Source: Alphaproteobacteria bacterium (lineage in GTDB: Bacteria > Pseudomonadota > Alphaproteobacteria > SP197). From it: a stretch of DNA of 64,000 nucleotides. The DNA lies in contig OZ245842.1 of assembly GCA_965228895.1 (NCBI GenBank), forward strand, positions 2,944,001 through 3,008,000, written 5' to 3'. A model generated the notes under the pieces. The model was not told where the DNA came from and did no database searches. It saw nothing but the letters and a program-made list of their open reading frames with translations. Each line of letters opens with the position of its first letter. The first letter of the stretch is position 1. Positions 1 through 8,739 of the stretch are shown here, piece after piece. The position numbers and the translations under genes are program-made.

Positions 1-217
1 CCTGATAGAACCGCACGGCAAACTTGTGCACCTGGCCGACCGAATAGCTCATGTTGAAGAGCGGCAGGAGGCCGGCCGCGTGCCAGGTCGAGCCGGACGT
101 CAGTTCCTTGCGTTCGACCAGGACGACATCGGACCAGCCTTTCTTGGCCAGGTGATAGAGGGTGCCGACGCCGACCACACCGCCACCGATAACAACGACC
201 CGTGCATGGCTCTTCAT
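1..217 (-). CDS. Dimethylglycine dehydrogenase-like FAD oxidoreductase (GcvT family), 5' part only
   Basis: Not in the ORF track. Manual translation from ATG at 217 gives [54 protein letters not shown], with the GxGxxG motif and the [10 protein letters not shown] signature of the DMGDH/SDH family. GGAGAGG RBS upstream; runs off the window edge. Confidence 0.88.
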   Translation of the reverse strand, partial: MKSHARVVVIGGGVVGVGTLYHLAKKGWSDVVLVERKELTSGSTWHAAGLLPLFNMSYSVGQVHKFAVRFYQ

Positions 218-310
218 GAATGCCTCTCCCCTGCACCGCCCGCTCTGGAGCGGTTGGTCCTGTCGTAACAAAAGCCAGGGCGCTTCACTAGCGCCCGACC
301 GGACCCGCCA

Positions 311-348
311 TTGTCACACAGGCGACACCGACTGTGCGTGTGCCGTCA
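311..348 (-). promoter_or_regulatory. Candidate GATR-AraC (GbdR/ArgR-like) operator
   Basis: Minus strand TGACGG-N15-TGTCGC (21-bp period), about 105 bp upstream of the DMGDH-like start. Confidence 0.45.
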
Positions 349-456
349 TGGAGAGGCCGATTCGGCGGCGAATCCGGCAGCGAGTGGTGATTCGGCTGTC
401 GAAACGCGGGTCAATTTGCTTGGCGATAGGATGGGCCGGGCCTTAGGGTCCCCTCC

Positions 457-2796
457 ATGACAGCACAAGGTATTGGCGCGCCGGTCAGGCGCAAGGAAGA
501 TCGGCGGTTCCTGACCGGGCGCGGGAACTATGTCGGCGACTATCACGTTCCCGGCGCGCTGCATCTGGCTTTTGTCAGGTCAGTGCACGCCCACGCCACC
601 ATCCGCGAGATCGACACGTCGGCGGCGCGATCCATGCCGGGCGTCGTCGACGTAATGACCGGCGACGATCTGCAAGCCGACGGCATCAAGCCGATCGCCA
701 ACCGGATCGGTTTTGACGGCAGCGACGGACGTCCGCTGCCGACCCTGCCCCGGCCCGCCCTGGTCCGCGATACCGTCCGCGTGGTCGGCGACGCGGTCGC
801 CGTTGTCGTGGCCGAGACCAGCGATGCCGCCCATGACGCCGCCGAGGCGGTGCATGTCGACTATGACGACATACCCGCCGTCGTCACCATGGACCAGGCC
901 CGCACCGACGGCGCCCAGACGATCTGGGAAGACGCGCCGGGCAACCGCGCCTATGTCTGGTCAAGCGGCGACGCGGCGGCGAGCGACGACGCGTTCGCCA
1001 ACGCTGCTCATGTCGTCGACCTGGACCTCGTCAACAACCGCATCACCGCCAACCCGATGGAGCCGCGCCTGGTGGTCGCCGAGCCGGATGCGACGACCGG
1101 CGGCATCATCTTCACGCTCGGCAGTCAGGCGCCACATCTCCTGCGCACGCGCCTCGCCGGTCTTCTGGATATGGTGGAATCGCAACTGCGCATCGTCTCG
1201 CCCGATTTCGGCGGCGGGTTCGGCATGCGCGGCTCGACCCCCTACCCCGAAGAAATCGTCGCATGCTGGCTTGCCCGGCGCCTCGATCGCCCGGTGCGCT
1301 GGACGGGCACGCGGCACGAGGTGCTGATGACCGACACCCAGGCGCGCGACCACGAGACGCGGGCCGAACTGGCGCTAGACGGCGACGGCCGGTTTCTAGC
1401 GTTGCGCGTTCACACGAAAGCCAATCTGGGCGCCTATCTGATCGGCATCGGCGCGATGCTGCCGATCCATCTTTATGCGCCGCTGCTCGCCGGCATCTAC
1501 CGGATCGGCGCCGTCGACTTGACCATTGAGGGCATCCTCACCAACACGGTACCGACAGCGCCTTATCGCGGCGCCGGCCGGCCGGAGGCTGCCTATGTCA
1601 TCGAACGGCTCGCCGATGAGGCCGCGATCGCGACGGGCATCGACCGGGTCGAAATCAGGCGCCGCAACATGTACCGCGCAGAGGACCTGCCCGTCACCAA
1701 CGTGAACGGGCTCCGGATCGACAGCGGCGACTTCGGCGCGGTGATGGACCGCGCGCTCGACAGCGCGGCGGTTTCGGATTTCGCGTCACGCCGGGCGCAA
1801 TCGGAGGCGAGCGGCCGTCATCGCGGCCTGGGGTTTGCGACCTATATTGAATCGGCCGCCGACGGCTCGGCGACCAGCTATGAGTCCGCGCGGCTGCGCG
1901 TCAATCCGACCGGCACCGCGACACTGCATGTCGGCACCCACAGTCACGGCCAGGGCCACGCGACCGCGTTCGTGCAGATCGCGGCCGACCGATTGGGCCT
2001 GCCCATCGATGCCATCGAGCTGGCGTTCGGCGATACGGAGCGCGAGCCCTATGGCCTCGGCACATACGCGTCCCGCTCGCTGGTCTCGGCCGGCCCGGCC
2101 ATCGTGGCGGCGACCGACAAGGTGATCGACAAGGGACGGCACATCGCGGCGCACCTGTTTGAGTCCGATGTCGACGAGGTCACTTTCGCCGACGGTATGT
2201 TCGCGGTCGCCGGCACCAACCGCCAGGCAAGCTTCGCCGAGATCGCGCATGCCGCCTATGTGCCGCACAACTTTCCCCATGACAGCCTGGAACCCGGCCT
2301 GGACGAAACCGCGTTCAACAAGGTCCAGGCCTCGACCTTCCCCAACGGTTGCCATGTCGCCGAAGTGGAGATCGACCCTGAGACCGGTGTCGTAACGCTT
2401 CTCGATTACACCTGCGTCGACGATATCGGCACGGTCATCAACCCGATGATCGCCGCGGGACAAAGCCACGGCGCAATCGCCCAGGGCGTCGGTCAGGCGC
2501 TGATGGAGCTGTGCCACTATCACCCGCAGACCGGCCAGTTCCAGTCGGCGACGTTCCTGGACTACTGCATGCCGCGCGCCGGCGACCTGCCGATGATCGA
2601 CTGGTCGACCCGGCCAGTGCCGACCGGCACCAACAGCCTAGGCGTCAAAGGCGTCGGAGAGACCGGCACCATCGCCGCGCCGCCGGCGGTGATGAACGCG
2701 ATCCTGGATGCGCTGCGCCCCATCGGCGTCACCCAACTGGATATGCCGGCGACGCCTGAGACGGTGTGGCGCGCCATCCAAAACGTGAACCGGTGA
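457..2796 (+). CDS. Xanthine dehydrogenase-family molybdopterin-binding large subunit (form II CoxL-like)
   Basis: N-terminal RKEDxRFLTGRGxY, GGGFG loop, active-site loop PYRGAGRPEA, SHGQGH, KGVGE; 779 aa. Confidence 0.9.
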   Translation: MTAQGIGAPVRRKEDRRFLTGRGNYVGDYHVPGALHLAFVRSVHAHATIREIDTSAARSMPGVVDVMTGDDLQADGIKPIANRIGFDGSDGRPLPTLPRPALVRDTVRVVGDAVAVVVAETSDAAHDAAEAVHVDYDDIPAVVTMDQARTDGAQTIWEDAPGNRAYVWSSGDAAASDDAFANAAHVVDLDLVNNRITANPMEPRLVVAEPDATTGGIIFTLGSQAPHLLRTRLAGLLDMVESQLRIVSPDFGGGFGMRGSTPYPEEIVACWLARRLDRPVRWTGTRHEVLMTDTQARDHETRAELALDGDGRFLALRVHTKANLGAYLIGIGAMLPIHLYAPLLAGIYRIGAVDLTIEGILTNTVPTAPYRGAGRPEAAYVIERLADEAAIATGIDRVEIRRRNMYRAEDLPVTNVNGLRIDSGDFGAVMDRALDSAAVSDFASRRAQSEASGRHRGLGFATYIESAADGSATSYESARLRVNPTGTATLHVGTHSHGQGHATAFVQIAADRLGLPIDAIELAFGDTEREPYGLGTYASRSLVSAGPAIVAATDKVIDKGRHIAAHLFESDVDEVTFADGMFAVAGTNRQASFAEIAHAAYVPHNFPHDSLEPGLDETAFNKVQASTFPNGCHVAEVEIDPETGVVTLLDYTCVDDIGTVINPMIAAGQSHGAIAQGVGQALMELCHYHPQTGQFQSATFLDYCMPRAGDLPMIDWSTRPVPTGTNSLGVKGVGETGTIAAPPAVMNAILDALRPIGVTQLDMPATPETVWRAIQNVNR

Positions 2797-2856
2797 AGCT
2801 CGATCACTATGGCGATTTGCGCCAAACTTGGGCGAGTTCGCTGACGGGAGGTGACC

Positions 2857-3366
2857 ATGACCGGCAAAGCTGACATCCGCGGCCTGCATCACAACGCCTA
2901 CCGCTGCCGCGATGCCGAGGAGACACGGCAGTTCTATGAGGACTTCCTGGGTCTGGAACTGGCCGAGGCCTTCGAGATCGCGACGACGCAGACTGGCCGC
3001 GACACCCGTGTCATTCATATCTTCTTCGAAATGGGCGATGGGTCGTTCCTGGCCTTCTTCGAGGCGCCGGGCCAACCCTTCACGTTCAAGGACCAGCACG
3101 ACTTCGACCTGCACATTGCTCTGGAGGTCAGCATGGAGACGCTGCACGCCATGTTCCAGAAGGGCAAGGACGCAGGCATCGAAACCCGCGGTATCTCCGA
3201 CCATGGTTTCATTCACTCGATCTATTTCCGCGACCCCAATGGTTACGTCATCGAGCTGACCGCCAAGACCGAAACGCGCGATGCCGATGAATGGCAGCGC
3301 GTGAAAGGCGGCGCGCGGGCGGCGCTGGACAAGTGGACGGCGACAAAACCGGCGGACGCCGCCTGA
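2857..3366 (+). CDS. VOC/glyoxalase family protein
   Basis: GLHHNAYRC, HIALEV, SIYFRDPNGYVIEL; GGAGG RBS before ATG 2857. Confidence 0.85.
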   Translation: MTGKADIRGLHHNAYRCRDAEETRQFYEDFLGLELAEAFEIATTQTGRDTRVIHIFFEMGDGSFLAFFEAPGQPFTFKDQHDFDLHIALEVSMETLHAMFQKGKDAGIETRGISDHGFIHSIYFRDPNGYVIELTAKTETRDADEWQRVKGGARAALDKWTATKPADAA

Positions 3367-3398
3367 CATCCGCATGACGGCGCGGTAGTGTCCTCTCC

Positions 3399-4535
3399 AT
3401 GACTGAGGCCGCACGCAAAGCGATAGACGGCAACGGGCCGTTCTTCACCTTGCCGCCCCGCTGGTTCACCGACCCGGCAGTCCTGGCGCGCGAAAAAGAA
3501 ACGATCTTCTACAAGAGCTGGCGCTATGTCGGGCACGAGAGCGATTTACCCGAACCCGGCAGTTACATCACCTGTCGAATCGTCGATCAGTCGATCTTCC
3601 TGATCCGCAACCGGGATGGCGACATCAAGGCCTTTCACAACGTCTGCCGCCATCGCGCCCATGAGCTGCTGCAGGGGCACGGTAAGATAAAGGCCGTTAT
3701 CACCTGCCCCTATCATGCCTGGGCCTATGACAGCGACGGCACCCTAAGGTCAGCGCGCCTGTCAGACGGCGTGCAGGGCTTCGACACGACGGATTTCAGC
3801 CTGGTGCCCGTCCGCGTCGAATCGATGCTGGGCCTGTTGTTCGTCAATCTCGATCCCGACGCCGTGCCCTTCGCCGAGCAGTTCGCAGGGCTGGCCGATG
3901 AGATCACGTCGCTGGTCCCGACATTTCCTGACCTGGTCAAGGTCGAACAGCAGCGCACCCGAAACGGCGGCGATGACGTCGTCGACCTGAAGGCCAACTG
4001 GAAGGTGCTGATGGACAATTGCAGCGAGTGTTATCACTGCGATCCCGCCCATCCGGCCTTCGTCGACCTGGTCGACATGGCGAGCTACACGATCGACGTT
4101 CGCGACATGTACACACGCCACGAGATGGCGTGCACGAAACCCGCCAACGCAGCCTATGACTACCGCACTGACACGACGGTGACGAAAGCCGTTTTCTGGC
4201 ACCTGTGGCCGAACATGACGCTGGGCGTCATGCCGGGCTCACCGAACTTCGATGTCTTTCTGTTCGAGCCCGTCGAGGTCGAATCGACGCGCCTGGACGG
4301 CGACAGCTTCCGGCTGCCGGACGGCGCGGGCGAAACGGACGCCGCTCGGGCGCGCTATGGTTCGAATGTTCTGTGGCCCGAGGACCGCGACCTCTGCGAG
4401 TCCGTCCAGCGTGGGCTTCATTCACGCGGCTATCAGCGCGGCCGCTTCATGGTCGACGATCAGCGCAGCGCCATCTCCGAACACGTGCCCGCGTTCTTCC
4501 ACCACAAGGTCGCCGAGGCGCTCGGCGAGGTCTAA
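3399..4535 (+). CDS. Rieske non-heme iron oxygenase alpha subunit (choline monooxygenase/CntA/betaine demethylase-like)
   Basis: Rieske CRH...CPYH, mononuclear iron motif ECYHCxxxH, ANWK, C-terminal ED...CESVQRGL. Confidence 0.9.
   Translation: MTEAARKAIDGNGPFFTLPPRWFTDPAVLAREKETIFYKSWRYVGHESDLPEPGSYITCRIVDQSIFLIRNRDGDIKAFHNVCRHRAHELLQGHGKIKAVITCPYHAWAYDSDGTLRSARLSDGVQGFDTTDFSLVPVRVESMLGLLFVNLDPDAVPFAEQFAGLADEITSLVPTFPDLVKVEQQRTRNGGDDVVDLKANWKVLMDNCSECYHCDPAHPAFVDLVDMASYTIDVRDMYTRHEMACTKPANAAYDYRTDTTVTKAVFWHLWPNMTLGVMPGSPNFDVFLFEPVEVESTRLDGDSFRLPDGAGETDAARARYGSNVLWPEDRDLCESVQRGLHSRGYQRGRFMVDDQRSAISEHVPAFFHHKVAEALGEV
4469..4535 (+). repeat. Direct repeat copy 1 (last 67 bp of the Rieske gene)
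   Basis: cgccatctccgaacacgtgcccgcgttcttccaccacaaggtcgccgaggcgctcggcgaggtctaa; 60/67 identical to 5937-6003 by manual alignment. Confidence 0.95.
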
Positions 4536-5936
4536 GACCTTAGATGCGCGCTAGAGGGCGTCACCAAATGAGTGCTGGCAACACTCTCACGGACGGTCAG
4601 TTGGGAGGCCTTGTGGTTCCCATCCTGGCTTGCTCCGGCGGCTTGTGCATTTATGCCAGTTCGTGGGTGGGTTGTCGGACTGTTGCCCAAGTCCTGCATC
4701 ATTGACTGGATCGGACGTACCCAATTGCATCTAGGACAAGTCTGGCGATCCCCTGCTTGAACAAGCTGAGGCAGGCGGCAGCGTGGGATGGCTATCTAGA
4801 ATGTCGAGAGTGAGCGAAGTGCCGACGATAAAGACAGGTTTCAGCAGTCATCGGCTCCGCTGTTCAAACAACGCTCGATTTCCTCAACGATTTCGTTGAC
4901 TTCCTCGTCGGAGAGTGAGTCTACCCAACTGCTGATGTGTACGTTCTTGTTGAACTCCAGAAGGTTCGAGGCTGCGTGCTCAATACTGACGTATAGCGCA
5001 TCAACAACGGCGTCGTGGCTAGTCTGCTGAAAGAACACCACGCTATCATCAATCACGTACCTAACGCTCGTACAGTTGCTCAGTTCCGCCACGCCAAAAC
5101 TCGATTTTTGCAGTTGTGGTGACAGATCTTCCTTGAAGAACTTATCCAGTTCAACGAGGACGTACGCCCTTGCTAACTCTGGGCAAACTTTCGCAGTCAC
5201 ATAGTGGTCGGCAGCATACTGGAAGATCACGAATACCGGGAAGAATCCGCCGTCACGATAGACATACATCACAGGGCCGTTCAGCACTTCTTCACAGTTC
5301 TCATCGCCATTACAGCCAAATCTCTCACTAAGCCTTTCAAAGACGTCACTCATCACGAGAATTCTCGAAACGTGACCGTCGTGATTCTGGCCCGCTGTCG
5401 CAGCCAACCACTCCCGGCGCAGGAACGCATAGAAATCGCCATACCCGTCAAATGTAATGTGATTGAAACGATAACCATCGATGTAAGCGACCAAGTCGGT
5501 GTTCGCTTGCTGCTTCTGGCGAAAGAAGACGCGAACGTCAGCCGCCGTGTCACCAAATGCGCCCATCAGTGAGGACGTGATACCGGACCGATACTCTTCC
5601 GTCATCTCCGTGGTTCCTTCGACAGCGAAGTTGATACCGCCACGGTCGAACGACGCGGCTTCCGCCTCATCTTCTGCAGAGTTCGCGGCCTCAATAAACT
5701 CCACTGTTCCGGCCGCCAGGGAGAGCTGGGTGCCCGATCCAAAACCAAGTGAAACCACAAACAATGCCAACAGAAACTGATTCGAAAGAGCCTTCGACAC
5801 AGCAGCCTCTTGTTCTCTTGACCAATTCTCAATTGTTAGCACGAAGCGTGTTACGGTTTCGATGTTCTTTGCTCCGAAGACCGGGATCTCATCGAAACCA
5901 TCCAGCGCAGTTTTATTGACGCGGCTCTTGGTACAA
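4536..5936. mobile_element. Low-GC genomic islet between duplicated gene ends; no integrase
   Basis: Flanked by the 67-bp repeats. Three sampled 60-nt lines are 42-58% GC versus about 65% in the flanks. Confidence 0.7.
4841..5800 (-). CDS. Hypothetical, probably secreted acidic protein (islet cargo)
   Basis: Long ORF in AT-richer DNA. GTG at 5800 preceded by GAGG gives a signal-peptide-like MSKALSNQFLLALFVVSLGFGSGTQLSLA. No family recognised. Confidence 0.65.
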   Translation of the reverse strand: MSKALSNQFLLALFVVSLGFGSGTQLSLAAGTVEFIEAANSAEDEAEAASFDRGGINFAVEGTTEMTEEYRSGITSSLMGAFGDTAADVRVFFRQKQQANTDLVAYIDGYRFNHITFDGYGDFYAFLRREWLAATAGQNHDGHVSRILVMSDVFERLSERFGCNGDENCEEVLNGPVMYVYRDGGFFPVFVIFQYAADHYVTAKVCPELARAYVLVELDKFFKEDLSPQLQKSSFGVAELSNCTSVRYVIDDSVVFFQQTSHDAVVDALYVSIEHAASNLLEFNKNVHISSWVDSLSDEEVNEIVEEIERCLNSGADDC

Positions 5937-6003
5937 CGCCATCTCCGAACACGTGCCCGCGTTTTTCCACCGCAAGGTCGCCGAGGCTGTCGGTGACGTC
6001 TGA
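5937..6003 (+). repeat. Direct repeat copy 2 (displaced Rieske 3' end)
   Basis: Encodes AISEHVPAFFHRKVAEAVGDV* versus AISEHVPAFFHHKVAEALGEV* in copy 1; ends 3 bp from the convergent VOC stop. Confidence 0.95.
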
Positions 6004-6006
6004 CGC

Positions 6007-6468
6007 CTAGACGGGAGCCATGCCCTTCTCGGCCAGTTCCTTCTTCGCCTCGTCCGTCTTGTCGAGGCCTTCCAGCCCCATGCCTTTCAGCACGCCGGGC
6101 GCCTTGGTGTACTGGATGTTTTGGTAGGTCGTGATCTCAACCCGGTTGCCCCAGGGGTCCAGGAAGTCCAGGAAACGGCCCGGCATGATATCGACACCCA
6201 TCGCCTTCAGGGTCTCGCGGACGAGTTCCTTGTCGTCAACCGCGATTCCAAAATGTCGTTTATCATCAGCCTCTTGAGAGCGACCTTTGGCAAAGTTGAT
6301 GAACTGGTCTCCGAAATAGATGAAGGCGGCGTTTTCGCTCTTGGACTTAAGCTCGAAGTTTAAGAAGCCCCCGTAGAAGTCGAGCGCTTGGTCGATATCG
6401 CCGACCTCCAACGCGATGTGATTGATACCGACCGCGTTGGCCTTCTTCGCACCGTTTCCTGTCGCCAT
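6007..6468 (-). CDS. VOC/glyoxalase family protein
   Basis: GINHIALEVGD, HFGIAV, FLDPWGNRVEI; AAGGAGG RBS. Confidence 0.85.
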   Translation of the reverse strand: MATGNGAKKANAVGINHIALEVGDIDQALDFYGGFLNFELKSKSENAAFIYFGDQFINFAKGRSQEADDKRHFGIAVDDKELVRETLKAMGVDIMPGRFLDFLDPWGNRVEITTYQNIQYTKAPGVLKGMGLEGLDKTDEAKKELAEKGMAPV

Positions 6469-6520
6469 GGCGTCCTCCTTGCCTATGTTCATCTAACGAT
6501 GGGAGCGCCGTCGAACCGGT

Positions 6521-6979
6521 TCAAGACCATGTCTTGCCGCCCGCGATCTTGGCCTTGGCCGCCTGGACGAAACGGCTGGCGTCCGACGGCTGCTGGGGCA
6601 GGTCGTCGGCGATTGTGTGCCAGGGCACCTTGCCCTCGATGCCCGTGTGATAGAGGTCCGGCGGCCAGTCTTCCGGCCGGTCGAAGCTGCCCAGGGTGAC
6701 GGCCGGGACCTTGTCATCAACGAGCCAGAAATCGAGCGACGTACCGCAGGCTCCGCAGAACCCCCGCCTGGCCCACGCCGACGACTGGTAATAGCGCGGC
6801 TCACCCTGGGTGTAGCGGAAGGCGCCCAGGGGGAACGTAGCAAAGACGCCGAAGATGCCGCCAAGCGCCTTCTGGCACATCTTGCAGTGACAGTAGGCGA
6901 CCCATTCCGTCGCGGCATCGGCTTGCCAACGTATGGCGCCGCACAGACAGCCGCCGGTCACCGGCAAGACGCCCGTCAT
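6521..6979 (-). CDS. GFA/CENP-V family Zn protein
   Basis: GGCLCG, CHCxxCQK, RGFCxxCG; start coupled (TGATG) to the GST stop. Confidence 0.88.
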   Translation of the reverse strand: MTGVLPVTGGCLCGAIRWQADAATEWVAYCHCKMCQKALGGIFGVFATFPLGAFRYTQGEPRYYQSSAWARRGFCGACGTSLDFWLVDDKVPAVTLGSFDRPEDWPPDLYHTGIEGKVPWHTIADDLPQQPSDASRFVQAAKAKIAGGKTWS

Positions 6980-7593
6980 CAGCCAAAGACCTTTTTGACT
7001 GCCGGGCGCGCCGCGGCATTGGCGACGACGCGCTGGGCGTTGGGAAACTCGTCCATGGTCGGATGGCCCATGTCCGGGCTGAGCCATGTCGCCAACATGC
7101 GCACGTGAATGTCGGCGGCGGTGAAGCGATTGCCGACCAGCCAGTCGTCGCCGCCGATCGCCTCGTCGATCATGCCCCAGATCTCACGCAGCCGGATGCA
7201 CGACCGCGCCCGTGCACTCGCGATGTGCTCTTCGCTCTCGCAGAAACGAAGCGGGTAGTAGGTGAGCTGATAGGCCATCTGCAGGGTGTTCGACATATAG
7301 ACCAACCACTGCAAGAACGGCCCGCGCAAGGGATCGTCCGCGGCCGGCGCCAGGCCCGCTTCCGCGTGACGGTCGGTGAGAAACACGGTGATCGCCGAGG
7401 CCTCATGCATGGCGCCGCCATCGTAGATCAGAACGGGGACCCAACCGTTGGGATTGAGTTCCAGAAGTTCCGGCGAACGCGGCTCATTGATGTCGATGCT
7501 GGAATCGAGAAGCTCGTACGGGGCGCCGATTTCCTCGAGCACCGCGCGCGTGCCCATGGCGGCCGAGTGATCGGCGTAAAACAACTTGTACAT
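6979..7593 (-). CDS. Glutathione S-transferase family protein
   Basis: LNPNGWVPVL, EASAI, FTAADI motifs. Confidence 0.9.
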   Translation of the reverse strand: MYKLFYADHSAAMGTRAVLEEIGAPYELLDSSIDINEPRSPELLELNPNGWVPVLIYDGGAMHEASAITVFLTDRHAEAGLAPAADDPLRGPFLQWLVYMSNTLQMAYQLTYYPLRFCESEEHIASARARSCIRLREIWGMIDEAIGGDDWLVGNRFTAADIHVRMLATWLSPDMGHPTMDEFPNAQRVVANAAARPAVKKVFG

Positions 7594-7611
7594 GGCGTGT
7601 CTCCGGAATGG

Positions 7612-8721
7612 CTAGGCCGTATAGACGGCAACGGGTTCGCCGAGCTTATCGGGTTTGGGCTGAATGCCCAGCCCCGGCGTCTCGGGCGCTGTCATGGTGC
7701 CGTCGACCCAGTCCGGTTTGCCGTCCGCCAGGGAGACGTCGTGAAGTTCGGTCGCGTCCCACATGGAGTGGCATAGCGCCGCCGGCGTCGACTGGGCGAG
7801 ATGCAGAATGGCGGCGGTGGCGATCTCGGAACCGCCGGTATCCTGCAGCGACATGGCAAGCCCTGCTTGGGCAGCAACATCGCGCATGAGCCGGGCCTTG
7901 GTCAGACCGCCGACCTTACCGATCTTGATGTTGATGGCCGCGCATACATTGTCGGCGATGGCGCGCAACAGTACCGTCAGGTCATCCAGGCTTTCATCCA
8001 GCATGATCGGCTGCGAAACCATGCGACTGACGGCAAGGCATTGTTCATAGGTCGCGCAAGGCTGCTCGAACAGCAGCGTCAGACCGCGCCGGCGCGCCGC
8101 TTCCATGACAGCGACAGCATCGCCTTGCAGCCAACCGCCGTTGCAGTCGCACAACGCATCGTCGCCCATGGCAACAATGTCGGCGACCACATCGAGGCGT
8201 GCGATATCCTCCGTCACGTCGCCACTGAACTTGACGGAGTGTTTGCCGTAGCCGCGTTGGCGCAGGGTCTTGAGATTGGCCAGCGTCTCCTCGGGGCCAG
8301 CGGCCGACACGCTGCTCACCAGGTCGACCGCGCCATCGGCGCGTCCGCCCATGAGGTCACAGACCGGCATGCCCGCGTCCTTGCCCAGGATATCCCAGCA
8401 CGCCATGTCGATGGCCGTCTTGCCATAGGGATGCCCCGGTAGCGCGCGATCCATAACGTCGTTGATCCGTTCCGTATGACGGGGGTCGCGGCCCAGGATC
8501 GTCGGCGCGAGCTCATCAATGACGGCGCGCGCACCCTTGGCGAAGGCCGGCAGGTAGCTGGAGCCAAACGGACATGTCTCGCCCCACCCGGTGATACCAG
8601 CATCCGTCTCCAGTGCAACAATCGTGGTGTCGAGCGACGTCCATGTGCGGCCGCCGGACAACCGGTACGGCTTCGTCATCGGCAGATCGACCTGATAGAC
8701 GCGTATGGCGATTATGCGCAT
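7612..8721 (-). CDS. Enolase-superfamily (MLE subgroup) enzyme, hydroxyproline-betaine epimerase HpbD / cis-3-hydroxyproline dehydratase-like
   Basis: GWGETCPFGSSYLPA, GHPYGKTAIDMACWDILGK, metal ligands in DCN, EQP and DE, NIKIGKVGG. Confidence 0.8.
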   Translation of the reverse strand: MRIIAIRVYQVDLPMTKPYRLSGGRTWTSLDTTIVALETDAGITGWGETCPFGSSYLPAFAKGARAVIDELAPTILGRDPRHTERINDVMDRALPGHPYGKTAIDMACWDILGKDAGMPVCDLMGGRADGAVDLVSSVSAAGPEETLANLKTLRQRGYGKHSVKFSGDVTEDIARLDVVADIVAMGDDALCDCNGGWLQGDAVAVMEAARRRGLTLLFEQPCATYEQCLAVSRMVSQPIMLDESLDDLTVLLRAIADNVCAAINIKIGKVGGLTKARLMRDVAAQAGLAMSLQDTGGSEIATAAILHLAQSTPAALCHSMWDATELHDVSLADGKPDWVDGTMTAPETPGLGIQPKPDKLGEPVAVYTA

Positions 8722-8739
8722 GCGATCCAACCGGGGCGC

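Noticed and set aside
348-415. GGAGAG followed by a hairpin, resembling a glycine riboswitch start
   Set aside because: Lacks the CCGAAG and CTCAGG core elements and is on the opposite strand from the DMGDH-like gene.
457-2796. Aerobic CO dehydrogenase call
   Set aside because: Lacks the form I AYxCSFR motif, and coxM/coxS and accessory genes are absent.
4536-4840. Short ORFs in the left part of the islet
   Set aside because: About 60 codons or fewer, with no clear RBS or recognisable motif.
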